This document shows positions 63,131 to 64,000 of a stretch of DNA of 64,000 bases, one piece after another (within the stretch, counting starts at the first letter, position 1; every line of letters starts with the position of its first letter). The stretch comes from Camelus ferus (Eukaryota), in the NCBI RefSeq assembly GCF_009834535.1, contig NC_045696.1:52888001-52952000 (forward strand). Direction: 5' to 3'. The position numbers and the translations under genes are program-made. The notes beneath the pieces are model-generated. The model saw only the letters and a list, made by a program, of their open reading frames with translations, did no database searches and was not told the DNA's origin.

Positions 63131-64000
63131 AGAGTGGCCACGCTGAAGTTAGCTAAATTAGGGAACTCCCAACCCCAGGCAGGAAGTTTGAGGAAATGTG
63201 CAAACTATATCTGAATAATTTTGGTCTTAGATAAAACTGCAGTTAATAGTTCTCATCATTTAATTAAGTATATAAACTATAATCAGAAATTTTAATAAAT
63301 TTTGTTTCTCCACATTGTATCTCTTTCATATACTCATGAAATTATACCAAATATACCAAATTATATACAAAATACTCATGAATTATACAAAAGATGGCAT
63401 GAAGATAACATTTATTGTTAAGATGTTTTAGATCACAAATCACAATGGTACCTGAAAACATGTGCCCTATTAATTTATTTTTAATCTTTTTTATGTCAAA
63501 TTTTCCTTTGAGGAGAACCTACCACTTTTTCTTCCAAACTATTAACAGCAGCGCCTGGAATCAACTTCTAGAATTTCAGGCACAATTAGTAGACAATATA
63601 GTTTAGTGCAATAGACTTTCATGTGAATTGTAATTTAAAAAAAATAAAATGTGGTGGCATCAAAAAGGAATGTCCTGCATTATACACAAATTTTAAAATA
63701 CAGTGGTGGATCTTTTAATCAGCCTTCACTTTACAACATCTGCCTTACTTAACACTCTACTCTGTGAAAAGGGATGCCCACAGCATGTGGAATGGTATTG
63801 GCTAATACTGTATGGTTACCTATTTCTTCCACCTTTAAGTTGTATGCTTACTATGACATGTTTGTGTTTATTACCAAACCTATTTCTCACAGTTGTATAG
63901 CAATTGTAATTAAGTAATTTAATATTATATAGACTGCTAAAATACATGTGTGAAATAAAAGGTATTTATTTAGACTATACTCAAGACACTGGAAATATTC

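Noticed and set aside
63954..63959. AATAAA as a gene 3' end
   Set aside because: The hexamer is frequent in AT-rich DNA and no upstream exon supports it.
1..64000. CRISPR array, operon or other prokaryotic system
   Set aside because: The sequence is mammalian; no regularly spaced repeat-spacer array or gene-dense region is present.

Overview
Mammalian non-coding genomic DNA (AT-rich, strongly CpG-depleted), most likely camelid, judged from three copies of a tRNA-Ala-derived Vic-1-like SINE and cetartiodactyl-type L1 3' ends. I recognise no protein-coding exon, RNA gene or CpG island. The supplied ORFs are explained by microsatellites, decayed repeats or chance, so the window reads as intergenic DNA or a large intron. 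Much of it is layered transposon relics: SINE, L1, L2, MIR, CR1/L3, MER31-like and MLT1 LTRs, hAT and Tigger elements. The clearest structure is at 44.0-45.4 kb: a MER31-like solo LTR interrupted by an inverted LTR of its own family (exact 4-bp TSD) and by a twin-primed, 5'-inverted L1 (11-bp TSD). Also notable are an internally deleted L1MC keeping both termini, a ~1.3-kb ancient CR1 reverse-transcriptase relic, a SINE whose TSD occurs three times, and several repeat-poor or CpG-retaining patches that may be enhancers. I found no evidence for a new gene system. Repeat family names come from recalled consensus similarity, not a database search, and boundaries of old repeats are approximate.
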